Part shown: positions 1 through 14,577 of the stretch, in pieces | Position numbering within the stretch: the stretch's first letter is position 1 | Layout of the letters: every line of letters starts with the position of its first letter | Source of the DNA: Octopus vulgaris | Taxonomy: Eukaryota | DNA length: 64,000 nt | Direction: 5' to 3' | Assembly: GCA_951406725.2 (NCBI GenBank) | Contig: OX597817.1 | Location: forward strand, 164,300,001-164,364,000 | Position numbers and translations under genes: made by a program | The notes under the pieces: generated by a model | What the model was told of the DNA's origin: nothing | The model's input: only the letters and a program-made list of their open reading frames with translations | The model's database searches: none

Positions 1-2046
1 ACTGGTCTGTAGACAGAATGGCAACAGTATTTATCTGTACATATACATCACAATAGATAAAGGCTGGCAGACAAATAGAAGGATTGCTTTTATGCTACCC
101 TCCTGCTTACTGCCTTGATAACAAATAACAATGACTTCATTGCCATGGCTGGTGACTTTAAATCCTTTTGTTACCATTTTCTGTTAAAATACGCTGCCTT
201 TGTTATAATTAATTTTGAATATGATAATGAATTTATTAAAATAGCTTTGTCGTTATTAAATTGGCATTTTTATTTTTTTTTACTTGTTTCAGTCATCTGA
301 CTGTGGCCATGCTGGAGCACTGCCATATATTTGGAACATAAATTAACATGAAATTTTGATGGACAGTTTTAATTTAGAACACTTTAAAAAAGAAACAAGG
401 GTGATTTGGGGTAGTTTGTATCAAAAGGATTAATGATGGCTTATCCATGCATGGAGGCTATGGATATGATATAAGGACTAAGAGATCAGGGTTCATGAAA
501 GTTCTGTGATGTAAATGACTGAACCATCTTCAACTTCAGGTAGCTAGCTAATCTCCTAGTCACTTACCAACCAGGCAAATATTCCAGTCAAATAGAATTC
601 ATGCTTATCAGAAAATAGAAAAGACTGGCAGCTAGGAATACTAAGTATTTCCCTTGTGAAGAATCTACCACTTAATATAAACTAGTGATTTGTAGTAAAA
701 GCTCAAAAGACTTAGAGGCGTAAGTTAATCTGGAAAAAGAAGATATGAAACCTGAAAGACTCTGCAACAAGTTGTAGATTCAAAGAAGTAATAAATTGAT
801 GTAAATGATGATATGGAGGAGAATATAGAGATTTATAGCAAAGAGTGTTTCTCTGATATAATTTGTTGTGGCTAATGCAATGTTCTAAGATACAGGCCTG
901 GAAAGATATGGGCAAGAGTGTATGAAATGATAGTGGCACACTTAATCTCACTGACAACAGAAAGAAAGAGCTATAGGGAATATTACAAGAGAAGAGAATG
1001 CATGATAGAGAGAGAGGAGGGACTTGCTCTTAGCACAGCCAACAAAGGGATCAATCACAGATGTTGACAGCTAAATGATGGAAAGCACAATTTAGGGGAT
1101 TAAGGCAGGGAAAGCAGTTTCTTGCAAAGTAGGTCACATACTAATCATTTATATATAATCAATAGGACATAGACAGGTTCACTAATTTAACGAATATGAT
1201 TTCACTAAAAATTTTTAGAGTAGCAAACCAGTGCATTTTTAGAAGAATCATCAGAGCATGGAGAATCTAAAAATCAATGTTGTTAATTGCTGTGTTGTGC
1301 ATGACCGACATATGAGATATTCAAAATGGCAGCCTTAAATACATATCTTGAACAATTTTCGTATCTACCCAATTTCCAAACATAATCCTAAATCTGTAAA
1401 TCCTAAATTTTCTGGATCAAAGAATTCAATAAATGCCTCAAAATAGAGGCATTTATATCAAAATAGAATTATAGAAAAGCAATTGAAAACAATTGTCTTT
1501 ATATTTTTGATAAAACCGTATAATACAATACATGTTGCAAGCCCTCTAAAGCACAAAATTTGTCTCAACAAATTCACCTAGCCCATACAAACATGGAAAA
1601 GTAAACATCAAAATGGTGATAACAATAATGATATATATATGTATATATATTTGGTTATTTATAAAGTAAAACTATAAGAGTGATAACATTTTCTTTAATC
1701 ATAGAGTATTTAAATTATAAGACACCTGAGTTAGGAACATTTTTCTTTCTCCAGATACGCTTCATATTATCAAATAATAATTAAAAAAAAGCAATTAATA
1801 GTTTACAGCCAAAATAGTGGTTTCAAATTTTGACACAGGGCCAATAATTTCAAGGGAGCTAAACCATTTTTTGTCAGCTTCCACCAGTGCTGAGTACCAA
1901 TGCTTAGCTGGTACTTGTTTCATTGACCCCAAGAAAGAGGAAAGGCAAAGTTGACCTTTGCAGAACTTAAATTCAGAACGTAAAGACAGATGAAATGTTA
2001 CTAAGCATTTTGCTAACTCTTGCCTTAATTTAAAGTCAAAATATTA

Positions 2047-2400
<354 letters not shown>

Positions 2401-2574
2401 TTAGATATTTAATGTTAAAGCACCAGTTTTACATGTTATCTTTTGTCATGTCTCCTGTCTTCTTCAATTCATCTGACAAGCAGATAAATGTTAAGAGAGC
2501 TTCTACTTAACTGTGATCATGTACTGATGGAAATGTGACATTAATTATATTCAAAGACCATCAAATATATAGAC

Positions 2575-2991
2575 TGTCCAGCGGCACGTAAAAAGCACCA
2601 TCCGAACGAGGCCGATGCCAGCGCCGCCTTGACTGGCTTCTGGTGCCGGTGGCACGTGACCTGCTGTGCTTGAGGAGACCTATTGAGTCAAGTACATCAA
2701 CATCAAAATAAATATCAAATGGAAATTATAGTTGTGATACCTGTGCCAGTGGCACGTAAAAAGCACCAACCGATCGTGGCCACTGCCAGCCTCCCCTGGC
2801 ACCTGTGCCGGCGGCACATAAAAGGCACCCACTACACTCCCGGAGTGGTTGCCGTTAGGAAGGGCATCCATTTGTAGAAACACTGCCAGATCAGACTGGA
2901 GCCTGGTGCAGCCTCCTTGCTTCCCAGATCCTGGTCGAACTGTCCAACCCATGCTTGCACGGAAAACGAACGTTAAACGATGATGATGATG
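2575..2991 (+). mobile_element. (GAT)n-tailed retroposon with tandem GTGGCACGTAAAAAGCACC units
   Basis: Shared 3' body AGGAAGGGCATCC...CCAACCCATGC and (GAT)n tail; copies at about 53524-53843, 57795-58228, 59708-59893, 11035-11240 and 13523-13690(-). Confidence 0.8.
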
Positions 2992-3367
2992 AATGGCATA
3001 AATTCTTTGTTCCTTTCGAAGAGACTTGTACACAATATACACTTTCAGGGTTTCTTAAGTTAGTAAATATAACGAAGTAATTTGATATAATAAAACATTG
3101 TAGAAACAGCTTTCTGTTAATTTTAAAGATTTGTCATTGATCGGTAATTTCTAGTGGACATGATCCAGTTTTGTGGATATAATGTAATGGAAACCTTTGT
3201 TTCGGTTCAGAAAGAGTGAAATATGTTCTATCTCTACTGTTTATTCAAGTGTTGGGTGCAAACAATGTAATCTGTTTACATAGGTATTGAACACACAAAG
3301 AAAACATTATATAAATACTAAACTATAACAGTAAGACTAGATAAGAACTTCAGTAAAGTAATCTTAC

Positions 3368-3596
3368 CTTGATTACAACATCTGAGGGATTTCCTGAGTC
3401 TGGTCTCACAACTAATCGTGCATTACGTTCTCCTCTTTCAATGATGACGTCTTTTAACTGTTCTCCCCAGAGATTCTCACATGCATTCCAGATATTGTAA
3501 CTGTCACTAACACATGCAACAATACCTTCTGGAAATTTCTCTAACATATTTCGGAATCCATTCACTTCTCCATCCTTTTGCCAAGTTGTTATAGTG
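3368..3596 (-). CDS. NAMPT: NAMPT coding exon 6 (TITTW...VSDSYNIW...VVRPDSGNPSDVVIK)
   Basis: AAG acceptor after a T-rich tract restores the split Ser codon; GTAAG donor; VSDSY and RPDSG motifs. Confidence 0.96.
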
Positions 3597-4418
3597 CTTC
3601 AAATAATTAAAGAAATAAAGATGTCAATTGACATTTATTTCCCTAATGCAGTTATATTGTTTAAATAGAAAAAAATGAAATTTTATAAAATTACAAAAAA
3701 AGAAAAGCATCAAATGTTGAGCAACAGACAAAATACCTTGTACTATTTCATGATATGCCTTTACAATCTGAGTTCAAATTTATGAAGTTTAACTTAGTCT
3801 TTTATCGTTACAGAATTGATTACAGTCAAGTCAAATAGTGGTGCTATACAATTAAGTATACCCCAACCTAAAAGTGTTACACCAAATTTACAGAATTGTG
3901 TTATTATTTTGCAGCTTACTGTTGTGTTGTTTTAATGTTCCTCTATTTGTTGTGAAAGAGTTTAAAGTATTAGGAGTTGATTGTAGAGAATATGTGCTAT
4001 GTGTGTGTTATGCTATAGTATTAGGAGATGATTGCATAGGATATTTTCTATGTAGTTTGTTTAATTGTATTAAAATATGTTTGTGTTAGTTATATTGAGG
4101 TATTGAGGTTTGATTATTTGTCATAGCTTAGCCAGGAAAGAAAGCAATGTACATGACCTGTGCAGACTTTCCAAGACTGGTGAAATCAATATAGTTTATG
4201 TTCAACTTGAATATCTTTTAGTTAACATCTGTCTGAAAAAACACGGGGGAAGGAAAACACTCAAAGGTTTAGTCTCTAGGAAGGAATGAGTGGGAAATGG
4301 GATTAGTGTGAGGACAGACAAGGGATACACAGTGGGGAAGTGAAAAGATAAGAGGTGGCTGGGCCAGTGTGGAGGTGCTGTGCAGTGTAATTTGTGTTGT
4401 AATATTTGGAGACAATTG

Positions 4419-4615
4419 CGAAATGCTTAGTAGTATTTTGTCTGCCGTTACGATCTGAGTTCAAATTCCGCCAAGGTCGATTTTACCTTTCATCCTTTTG
4501 GGGTCGATTAAATAAGTACCAGTTACGCTCTGGGGTCGATATAATCGACTTAATCCCTTTGTCTGTCCTTGTTTGTCCTCTCCGTGTTTAGCCCCTTGTG
4601 GGCAGTAAAGAAATA
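4419..4615 (+). mobile_element. tRNA-derived SINE family 1, 5'-truncated
   Basis: B-box-like GAGTTCAAATTCC; 18-bp TSD AATATTTGGAGACAATTG. Other copies at about 1820-2030(-), 8311-8525, 8556-8760, 33669-33885, 35130-35335(-) and 52560-52975(-). Confidence 0.85.
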
Positions 4616-5925
4616 AATATTTGGAGACAATTGTGTAGGGTATTGTATGAGTTAAGTAGCAGAAGGTAATTATGCAGAATATGTAGAATATGTACTGTGT
4701 AAGTTGTGTTAGTGTATTGAAAGGTAACTGTGTAATGTAAAATTATGCAACAGTATTGGAAGTTGACTGTGCAGAATATGTAATAAGTAAGTTATGTTAT
4801 ATTACTGTGAGGTGATTAGGAAGAATGTGTACTCTGTAAAATATGTTAATGAATTGAAAGTGTTTTCTCTAGAAAGTGAGCTGAGCAATTTTTTTTTCTT
4901 TTTTGAGGGGAGCAATACAATTGTGAGATAGGGTATAGTGTTTATGTTTTTGTAAATGTTTATTTAGGCACAGTATACCAATTATTATTGGTACCATTTT
5001 TATTCTCATAGCTAATCATGCTTACTTTCATTTTGAAGTCTTTCTATATAAGTAATGTTTTTATTTCTTTTTCTACAATATTTTAGCTGGAAAGAATAAT
5101 TTTTAAAAATGTATTTTCTTATTTCGTAATTTGTTTTGATAATCATGTGCAAGAATATGTTATTGTCACGTACTGGGTTTGGAACATGCTTAGCATACTT
5201 ATACCAGTTATTCTCAGTTTCCATATGATAGTGTCTACCTATTGCCTAACTAGCCTAATTAATATAATTTACTTATCAGATCATGTCTGTAGATGTAATT
5301 TGTCTTTGCGAAGACTAGGTTGCCAGAAACAATGTGGTTGATTGTTTATGTTGATTACATAATTTATAGTTGACAATAGCCTTCTTTTCTTATCATCCTT
5401 GAATTATGTTCTGTGCCTAGCTATTAATATTGTGCAGCCACCATCAGATCTTCCATTTCTATCGTTAGTCCAGAACATTTGAGTCATTGTAAGCTTTTAT
5501 ATTAACTCACATTCTTGCTGTTCAGTCTTGCAGACGAGAGAGAGGCATTTTTCCATTTATTTTCAGTATTATTCTTCATTCTGTTTTGACTTTTTTAAAG
5601 TCTTTTTTTTTTTGTATGTCTGTGTTATTTGTGTTTTTGTTGAATTTTTACTTTTGTGTTTTGTCTTTAGCTAAACCATTTTTGTCAGTTTCTAGATTGT
5701 ACTTTATGTCAGTATTAATAGTAAATATTTAGGGTTTTTTATGCCCCTTATTATATGAATCAATTTACTTTTGTTTGTATTTTTGAAGACACCTGATCAC
5801 ATTTTAATTTTCTTTTTCCTATTTGTATCAAGTGTTAAATAATTTTAAATATATAATCTTACAATATTACCATCTCCAGGGTTTGTAATTCTAATTAAAA
5901 CAACTAAATGTCATATACACTTTAC

Positions 5926-6056
5926 CTATGTTCTGCAGCAGGAATAGAGTATCCAGCAATATCACAGTCATAAAAATTCTTGGCAATTGTTAATGCTGCT
6001 ATCGTATCAGTCCCTTCAAAATTCACCAGATGGGCGGCACCTCCTATTCCTGCTGA
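5926..6056 (-). CDS. NAMPT: NAMPT coding exon 5 (SAGIGGAAHLVNFEGTDT...SIPAAEH/S)
   Basis: tttcag acceptor, GTAAA donor (phase 2); AHLVNFxGTDT and PAAEHS with the phospho-histidine equivalent to human H247. Confidence 0.97.
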
Positions 6057-7483
6057 CTGAAAGTGAAAGATATTAGCTTTTATTGTTAATTTAACTTTAA
6101 AAAATTAGAGAAAAAATAGAAATATGAGATAGAAATATATTTTTAAATGTGGGGAACTAAACAGCCCTTTGTTCCTTTATCAAGTAATCTGGTATTAAAT
6201 AACATTAGCTGTTAACACTGCTATTACTGATGTCTGCCTTATCAGTTCAGATATCTAAGAATATCTACACCTTTCCATGCATGATAGCTCTTTAAGAGGT
6301 GTTCTTATGTTAGTTGTTATCAGGATTGCTGCTGAAAAATCTAACCCTATGCCAATTGGAACCAACACATGTTGTTATTACTGTTGTAATTGGTGTTGAT
6401 TTCATTGTTACCTAGGAGTTTTAGTCAGTTTTGCTCAAGCAGTTCTACATGGGTTTTTCTAGTTAGTTGCCTAACCTGCCAGCTCGGCAGTTAAATATCC
6501 CTTGATAATCCCAAGAGAAGTGATCTGCAGTATGAATTAGATTAAAAGCTTGATATTAACAATAGCTTTAAGGAAATACCTCATTTGTCTTTAGCATTAA
6601 TATGTGAATGTCAAGATATGTTCTCAGTATAATTATATAAATCAATATTAATGACAGAATAGAAAGAAAGAAATATTAAAGATAGAATATTCTACTTGGC
6701 CAATCAAAAATATTGGCAATCCCAAGAATATATAAATTGTGTTTCATTGGACATTACTCCATAATCAACTAGACATGTCCAGACATTGTTTTATAAAGCT
6801 AGTGGTGAGCACTATAGTTATCTCTAAATTTCATAACTAGGTTGCCTTTTCCTTAAAATATTGGAAAAGCTTACTTTTTCTCAGTTATACATTCTACTCA
6901 TGTAGAATGTATCTCATTGCTCAGTCTCTAGACTAAATAAATTCATTCAATATTTTCTCCTCAGAATACCATTTTTCATAAAATCTTTCTCTGCCTATAT
7001 TTAATCTGGTCTCTGATCTGATATTATAATTAAGGCTTTAAGCACTGGCTCCACTCATTGAACAAATAAATTTGAACGGTAAACTGGAATTCTAAACCTA
7101 AATTAATTAAAAAATTTTTTAAATATGTTTACTAATTCTTCATAACAATCTTTTTGTATCTGACCTTCTTCAGCAGTTGATGAAATCATTTTACTCCAAC
7201 ATCTATAGTCTATGTTGCCTGCAATTACCAAATCCCTATCATCTTTCAGTATTATTTTTCCATGCATTATACATCATGTATTTTCATCACATCCCCCTGT
7301 CAGTTCAGTCATTTCATATTAATATCTGAATCAGTATTTCGAATGTCAGTAATATTCTGAAACAAGTGAATTCATACTATCATTCTCGTTAGCATCACTT
7401 TGCTCATCTCATGGATGATATTACAGGTTATTTTTAGTTTGAATTAAAGTAGCCAACAAAATTGAAAGCTAGAAAAATCTTAC

Positions 7484-7642
7484 CTCAACGGATGTTGACC
7501 CACGGAAACCAAAATCATGCAACATGTAAGACAGACCAGAAAAATCATCTGCTGTCTCCTGCATACATTTAGCGATTAGATCTTTCTGATAGTAAGAGTT
7601 TGTAGCTACAGTCATCGGATACCAAACTTGAACTAAGAGTGT
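7484..7642 (-). CDS. NAMPT: NAMPT coding exon 4 (TLLVQVWYPMTVATNS...LHDFGFRGSTSVE, 53 codons)
   Basis: ttttccag acceptor, GTAAG donor, 159 nt; WYPxTVATNS and LHDFGxRG active-site motifs. Confidence 0.97.
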
Positions 7643-8761
7643 CTGGAAAAAAAAGAAGATAAAGTGGTGATGTTAGTGGTGGTGGTGGTGGTGGTAGTGG
7701 TGATGGTGGATATAGTGGTAGTAGCAATGATGGATGTAGAGGCAATAATAGTGGGCATAGCTGTCCCATCCAAGAAGATGAGACCAATACTATAATGCTA
7801 TAGGGAAGGTTTCTAATCAAACCAGTTGTATTCTATGTATGTGAAAACTGCATCAATTAGTTCAGTTTACATGAGGGGAATTACAAGTTAGAAATTAAAG
7901 TAGACTGTAAGCTTTTATCAGCTTTCAAATTAATATTAATCTTTTTTTATTTTATTTTATTTATTCTTATTTTTTGTCAGGAGGGAAGGCCATGTCCATG
8001 ACCATCTACAGAGCTTCCAAAAATTGTGGGAGGGGAAAGAAAACTATTCTCAAACTGGAAACCAGGTGACAGATTAAATTTGGATCAAGGTGAGATTTTA
8101 ACATAGAGCACAAAGAGGTAGAACTAATAGCACAAGACATACACTTCTTCCTATCTACAATTCTGGATTTGGTACTTTTTATCAACCTCAAAAGGATGAA
8201 AAGCAGTTGACCTCAGCAGGATGTGAACTTGAGCTAAGAAGGCATTTTATCTGACACTCTAATGACTCTGCCAACTTACCACCAATGAAATCTTATGGAT
8301 TATTATAGCTAGGTGATAAGCTGGCAGGATCGTTAGCACGCCGGGCGAAATGCTTAGCGGTATTTTGTCTGTCCTTACATTCTGAGTTCAAATTCTGCTG
8401 AGATCAACTTTGTTTTTCATCCTTTTGGGGTCGATAAATTAAGTACCAGTTGCATACTGGGGTTGATCTAATTGACTGGTCCCACTCTCCAAAAATTTCA
8501 GGCCTTGTGCCTAGAGTGGAAAAGATTGTTGTTGTTGTTGTTGTTAATTTTTTAAGGCAGTGAGCAGGCAGAATCGTTAGCATGCTGGATGAAATGCTGA
8601 CAGTATTTTGCCTGTTGCTCTATTCTGAGTTCAAACTCTGCTAAGGTCAACTTTACCTTTCAGGGTCAATAAAATAAGTACCAATTGAACACTGGGGTTG
8701 ATGCAATTGACTCATCACCTCCCCACAAAAAATTGCTGCCCTTGTGGCAAAATTTGAAACC

Positions 8762-9128
8762 ATTATTACCTCCACCATAGCGACGGTGGAAGTATTGTTT
8801 TCAGTCTTGTTTGTTTGTTTAACCGTGGACAAAATATTTCAAGAACTGCTGGATGGATTTGGATGAAACTTTCAGGGATATTTGGCTCGTGACCGACACA
8901 AACTGATTAGATTTTGGGATTAATCTGGTACCGGTCAAGGATTCTTGATTATTTTTCTGGTTTTTTTTTTTTACTTAATTTTTGAGAGCGGTTGGGTTCA
9001 GTTTTAGTATTCTTGTTTGTGAGAGCAGTCGATTTTATTTCAGATATTCTCAATTTAAAAATCATCTCCAGCTAATTGTTGAGAGGATGTTGGCGTTGTC
9101 TTGGCAGATGTTTGCACTCTCTAAGTGT
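8762..9128 (+). mobile_element. Helentron-associated (HINE/DINE-like) non-autonomous element
   Basis: Starts TTATTACCTCCACC, contains a (TTTG)n tract, ends GGCAGATGTTTGCACTCTCTAAGTG (decayed subterminal repeat plus 3' hairpin). Confidence 0.5.
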
Positions 9129-9535
9129 TGCTGCTGCTGCTGCTGCTGCTGTTGCTGTTGCTGTTGTTGTTGTTGTTGTTTATTTATTTATTTATATTAC
9201 TTCCCCGAGCTCTTTATCTTACTTGCTCTGGTTAATTCTATGAGAGCTGACTGTAAACCTGTTGTCAAAGGTCTCACAAGATCTCACAAAGTCTCTCAGG
9301 ATTTCTTTCCATGAATTATAAGACTTGGTAAGTGTCATGGAAGATACTCAACACCCAAGTACCAATCTCAAAATCCTCACTGCCCTCAATAGAACAGTTT
9401 TTTGAGCATGCTCTAAACCTCATGCCAATTCCAATTTCTCTGATCATTATAATCATTATCATTAATGGTACCATACAACTTCAACATACCTGCAAAATTA
9501 AAGAAGAAAATAAAAGCTTTCTATAGAAGCATTCA

Positions 9536-9694
<159 letters not shown>

Positions 9695-10673
9695 CTAACG
9701 TACCAAAACAGGAAATAAGTATGAGTATTCATATTTAAAAAGTCATGATAATTAAGAATACAACAAAATTTATTTCTCACATCATGATTGTCTTAATAAT
9801 TACCATAATCACCACCATTGCCATCATTGTTGATACCATTGTCACTGTGGCTGCTATCATCATCATCATTGTCATCATTATTTTCATCATTTTACACTTC
9901 AGTTTTTCAAGTTGTCTCCCACAAATACCGCCCTTTGTTAATTCAATTGCATTCTCAAAATCACTTTCACAAAGTCTCAATGTCCAGTTTGCAACAGATT
10001 AAACTTGTCATTCATCTCTAATTATTACTTTACTCAGATTGCATAACCCCACTTTCCAGACTACATGATATCCTACTTTTTACATAGGCACCATGTAATC
10101 TAACATTTATAAAGAGACAGAAAAATCCCTTTGTTTCCTGCTGAGGCAGTTAGATGAGATGAGTCTCTAACCTTTCCTTTCACATCTTAAACATTACGAA
10201 GTCACTAAAGCTGTCTGTAGAAGTGGTTAACTTATCTTCTTCTGTTAGGGAATCATCAAACCCATAGACCTTAGTTCTTGCATTCTTGTACTGGTTATAA
10301 CACAAACATGTGACAGATTTCATATTTTGATTCCCTATTGGTTCACTACACAATAAAGCTCTCATTTAAATTGGTTTATGGCCAATATTTTATGGTAAGA
10401 AGAAAAGCCCATTGTTATTTACTTCAATGTATTACTAGTACTTATACTATTGACAATAAAAGGATGGAAAGTAAAGTTGATTTAAGTAGATTTGAAAGCA
10501 GAAATATGGGGTGTCAATGTGTCAAGTCAATACCATAATGTATCTGCTTTGTGACTTACCCATTTGTATTATTACCTACTAGGTAATATTATGCAAAGTA
10601 AAAATGTAGTTAAACATTAAAGTGATAACTGGGGGATAATGCAGAGTTTTAGTGTTTATCAACAACACTTATC

Positions 10674-11030
10674 CCTTTAGAATTTAAACTGGCCATGTCT
10701 GACCTATATATTATACCTTTTTTAATGTTCAAACTAGCCAGATCCAGCCACTCATTTTTACTTAAGCCTTTTGATACCAGCGCGGCTGAAACCTCCTCTG
10801 GCTTAGTAGTATAAATGTCTTGTTTACAAAAGTTCTGAATTAAAATCTTCCACAAAACATTAGTCACAATTTATGTTCCTAACACTAGCTTAATGATAAG
10901 TTGTATTACTAAATTCTTTGTTATATCTAAAATTAATTGAAAGAAATACAGAGCCTCACAACAGAAATATGGTAACAAAAGGGTTATCAATGTCATTCTA
11001 AAAATAAACAATCCTATCATTACAATATCA
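10674..11030 (+). mobile_element. piggyBac MITE A (10766-10983) nested inside MITE B
   Basis: Family B sequence resumes (CAATGTCATTCTAAAAATAAAC) immediately after the family A terminus. Confidence 0.7.
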
Positions 11031-11581
11031 GTTTGACAGGTGCTTTTTGTAACACGGCACTGGCACAAGTGCTTTTAATGTGACATCAGCAAAGGTGCTT
11101 TAAACATGGCACTTGTACAGGTGCGTTTTATGTGGTGCTGGCACGGATCTGGCTATAGAAGATCTGCCTCAGTAAACTATGTCAGAGCCATGCAAACACA
11201 GAAAAGTAGTCATTAAAATGATGATGAGGATGATGATAATGTAAACTAAAGGAAAGGGACAAGAGACATGTAAATATATACATCTCAGTCATCAGATTCA
11301 GAAGACCTTTCATTGTTTGTTTAGAAATTATACAGCATCAGGATAAACTTCAGAATTTTTTTCTTTGTAAATAGACCTCATATACAGACACTGCATTAAT
11401 TCTTAGAAGATGCACCCATTATCCATGTAAAAAGACTTTAAGGACAATTGAGTCAGTGATAAAGCCTTTAATGTAGCTACATGGTTTGCTCAATAGCAGC
11501 TATAATCTCACTGAAATTACAACCTACTTATCTTTTAAAATGGACTCAAATAATGTAACTCTAGATACACTCACTGAAAAC

Positions 11582-11621
<40 letters not shown>

Positions 11622-13367
11622 AGAGAACCAGATGGTCACAGCTGGAGCAATTCTAACCTCATAAATCTGCCTATTCATTTAGAGCTTACCTGGAGCTAAA
11701 CAATAACAAATTAAACAACTCAAAACATAACCTAGTCTCATTCAAGAGTATTAAAATTACACATCCCTAGAAAACACACCTACAAATAGAGCCTCTGTGT
11801 GATAATCCATACTGCAAGAAAAAACAACCAAACCTTCTTCAAATCTCACCTTACTACCTTAAAAAAGCAAATATTGGATAATATGATACTAGATTCACTA
11901 TGTCTGAATAAAATATAGAACAATCACGACTGAAACAGCTGTGATCATAAATCTTCTGAATGTCATCAGATCTAGAGATAAACAATAATGACACAAATAG
12001 CCACAACACATTCGTCACTATATGCACATATTATCCATGAAGAAACAATTTAAACACAATTGAACCAATGGTGTAGCTTACAATTTAGCTGATTGGCCTG
12101 CAAAATAGCATGCAAATCCTGTCTTGAATCACACCTGGCTTGTTTTTTAAAATGTTGTTTATTAGCCATGACCAACATGCAGGTGCTCATTAGTCATGGG
12201 CAACCCATAGATAAAACTGCAACACAACCAATAAATTCCATTATTGACTATCTTTCACTATCTTTTATGACATTCAGACTAAGGTAATATAGACAAAATT
12301 GTATCACAAAGATTTTCCAGGCCCTTTTTCAAGGACAAGAAAATCCATCAGCTTTTAACAAATGTTCACTATATACAAAGTTGTATATTTTACAGCTTAG
12401 TCAGTGAGGAGAGGAGGGCAGTACACCTAACCCTTAATTTTCAGAACGTCTAAGGAAGGAAGGAAGGAAGGAAGTTATCCTTAAACCAGAGACCTACTTT
12501 GAATACTTGGAGTATTCTCTCCTAAAAGCATCCATGGACCTGGTGCTGTTGGTTTCAAACTGGATAGATTAAGTCTACTACACAAGAACTTAGAATATAG
12601 AGAACTGCACCAAATACCAAATGGCATTTTGCCTGATCCTCAAACAGTTTCACCAACTCACCACACTGGATTGGTACTTTACTTTATCAACTCTGAAAGA
12701 ATGAAAAGCAAAGCTGATCTTGGTATGATTTGAATTCACAATGCAGAAAGACAGAACAAAAACTGTCAGGCCGTCTTTCCAATGCTCTAACATTACTGCA
12801 TTAGTGAATGTTTTACCTGAAGTATTGCTGACACATCCAAAACATTTCCCCACACACATACACACACATTTTAGTTTACAATTTCAGTCCATTTACTGGA
12901 TAAACTCACCAACTTTCTACAAGCTTAACTACTGCCAAGATTTATCTTTCTATCTCACCTACCACTCCTACAATCTGAATGGTTGATTTTATACGTTCTC
13001 CTTCTGAACCCATTTATTTATAGCCCCATCTTTAATGTGTTACACCTAGATACTAAAGACTTAAATGAATCCTTCCTCCTCCTCTAGGTGAATCCCACTG
13101 GAGTGCCCTGCTTACCTATGTTTTCCCTACAACAACTGAACACCAACAGTTGAAAGCGAATATTAATAGTATTAGCTTCTCCTATTTTTAAATTTAGGAC
13201 AACTTGAAAAGTCTAACATATTATCTTTCTTCTTCTCACTAAATTATAAATATAAAAAGAAAAAACAACAAAGACAGAGATACACTCTTGTAACACGATA
13301 TATATATATATATATATATATATCAAATGCTATGTACCTCAAACTTTCTGACCATGCGACATCAAAA

Positions 13368-13418
13368 TAGTTGAAGAAAGCGAGCATAGGCTAGGTTTAG
13401 CCTATGCTCGCTTTCTTC

Positions 13419-13423
<5 letters not shown>
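13368..13423. repeat. Perfect hairpin (about 26-bp arms) between (TA)n tracts
   Basis: TAGTTGAAGAAAGCGAGCATAGGCTA-GGTT-TAGCCTATGCTCGCTTTCTTCAACTA. Confidence 0.9.
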
Positions 13424-13505
<82 letters not shown>

Positions 13506-14285
13506 CACCCTTCTAACACTATATCATCATCATCATCATTTAACGTCTGCTTTCCATGCTAGCATGGGTTGGACTGTTTTAGCATGGTTTTTACAGCTGG
13601 ACGCTCTTCCAAACACCAACCACTTTATAGTGCAGACTGGATGCTTTTTATGAGACACCAGCATTGGCAGGATCACCAAGTACCTTGCAAGGGAAAGATC
13701 CTTTCAGAAAGGAGGAGGTGATCTTGTGTCAGATGATGAAATGTCAGAGTGTGACAGAGAGACAGAAACAGGTGTCTTGTTGTGGAGGAGATATATGGTT
13801 ACCTGGTGAGAGAGAGGGAGAATGAGGACAAAAACAGGTGTGTTGCTGTAGAGGAGATACATCATTAACCAGTCAGGAAAGAGTAAGAGCAAGAGAGAGA
13901 GCAGGAGAGAGATGGTGGCAAAGTGTCAGGGCACACTCACAAGGAAATGGGATCAAAATATAAATGGGATGGTAGAGTAAAACAAGAGAGAGATAGATGG
14001 TGGTGAAGTGCCAGGGCATACTCTCAACGTCGGTGTGTGTGGTGGGGTTAGAATATAAATGGTAGGGTATTACCAAAGGTATATGAGTAGGGAGTAGAGA
14101 CTACACATGAATGCAAAGAATGTGGTGTTGGGGAATGCAGTAACTGGTACAACTTGGGTATATAGAGAGGGTGGAGGACAACAGGTTAGCATTGATACAG
14201 TGAGCAGGGCAGTAAGTACAGGACTGGGGGGCAAGAGCAAGAGATAAGCATAAGTATAGTGTATGAAAAGAGTGCATAGTGTAGA

Positions 14286-14516
14286 AGGTGGCAAGCTGGC
14301 AGAAACGTTAGCACGCCGGGCAAAATGTGTAGCCGTATTTCGTCTGCTGTTACATTCTGAGTTCAAATTCTGCTAAGGTTGACTTTGCCTTTCATCCTTT
14401 TGGGGTCGATAAATTAAGTACCAGTTACACACTGGGGTCGATGTAATCGACTTAATCCGTTTGTCTGTCCTTGTTTGTCCTCTCTGTGTTTAGCCCCTTG
14501 TAGGTAGTAAAGAAAT
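14286..14516 (+). mobile_element. tRNA-derived SINE family 1, full length
   Basis: Matches 4419-4615; flanked by the direct repeat TATAGTGTATGAAAAGAG. Confidence 0.85.
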
Positions 14517-14577
14517 ATATAGTGTATGAAAAGAGGAAATGTGAGGAAGAGAAGAGATGTAGTTTGGCTTGTTGGGG

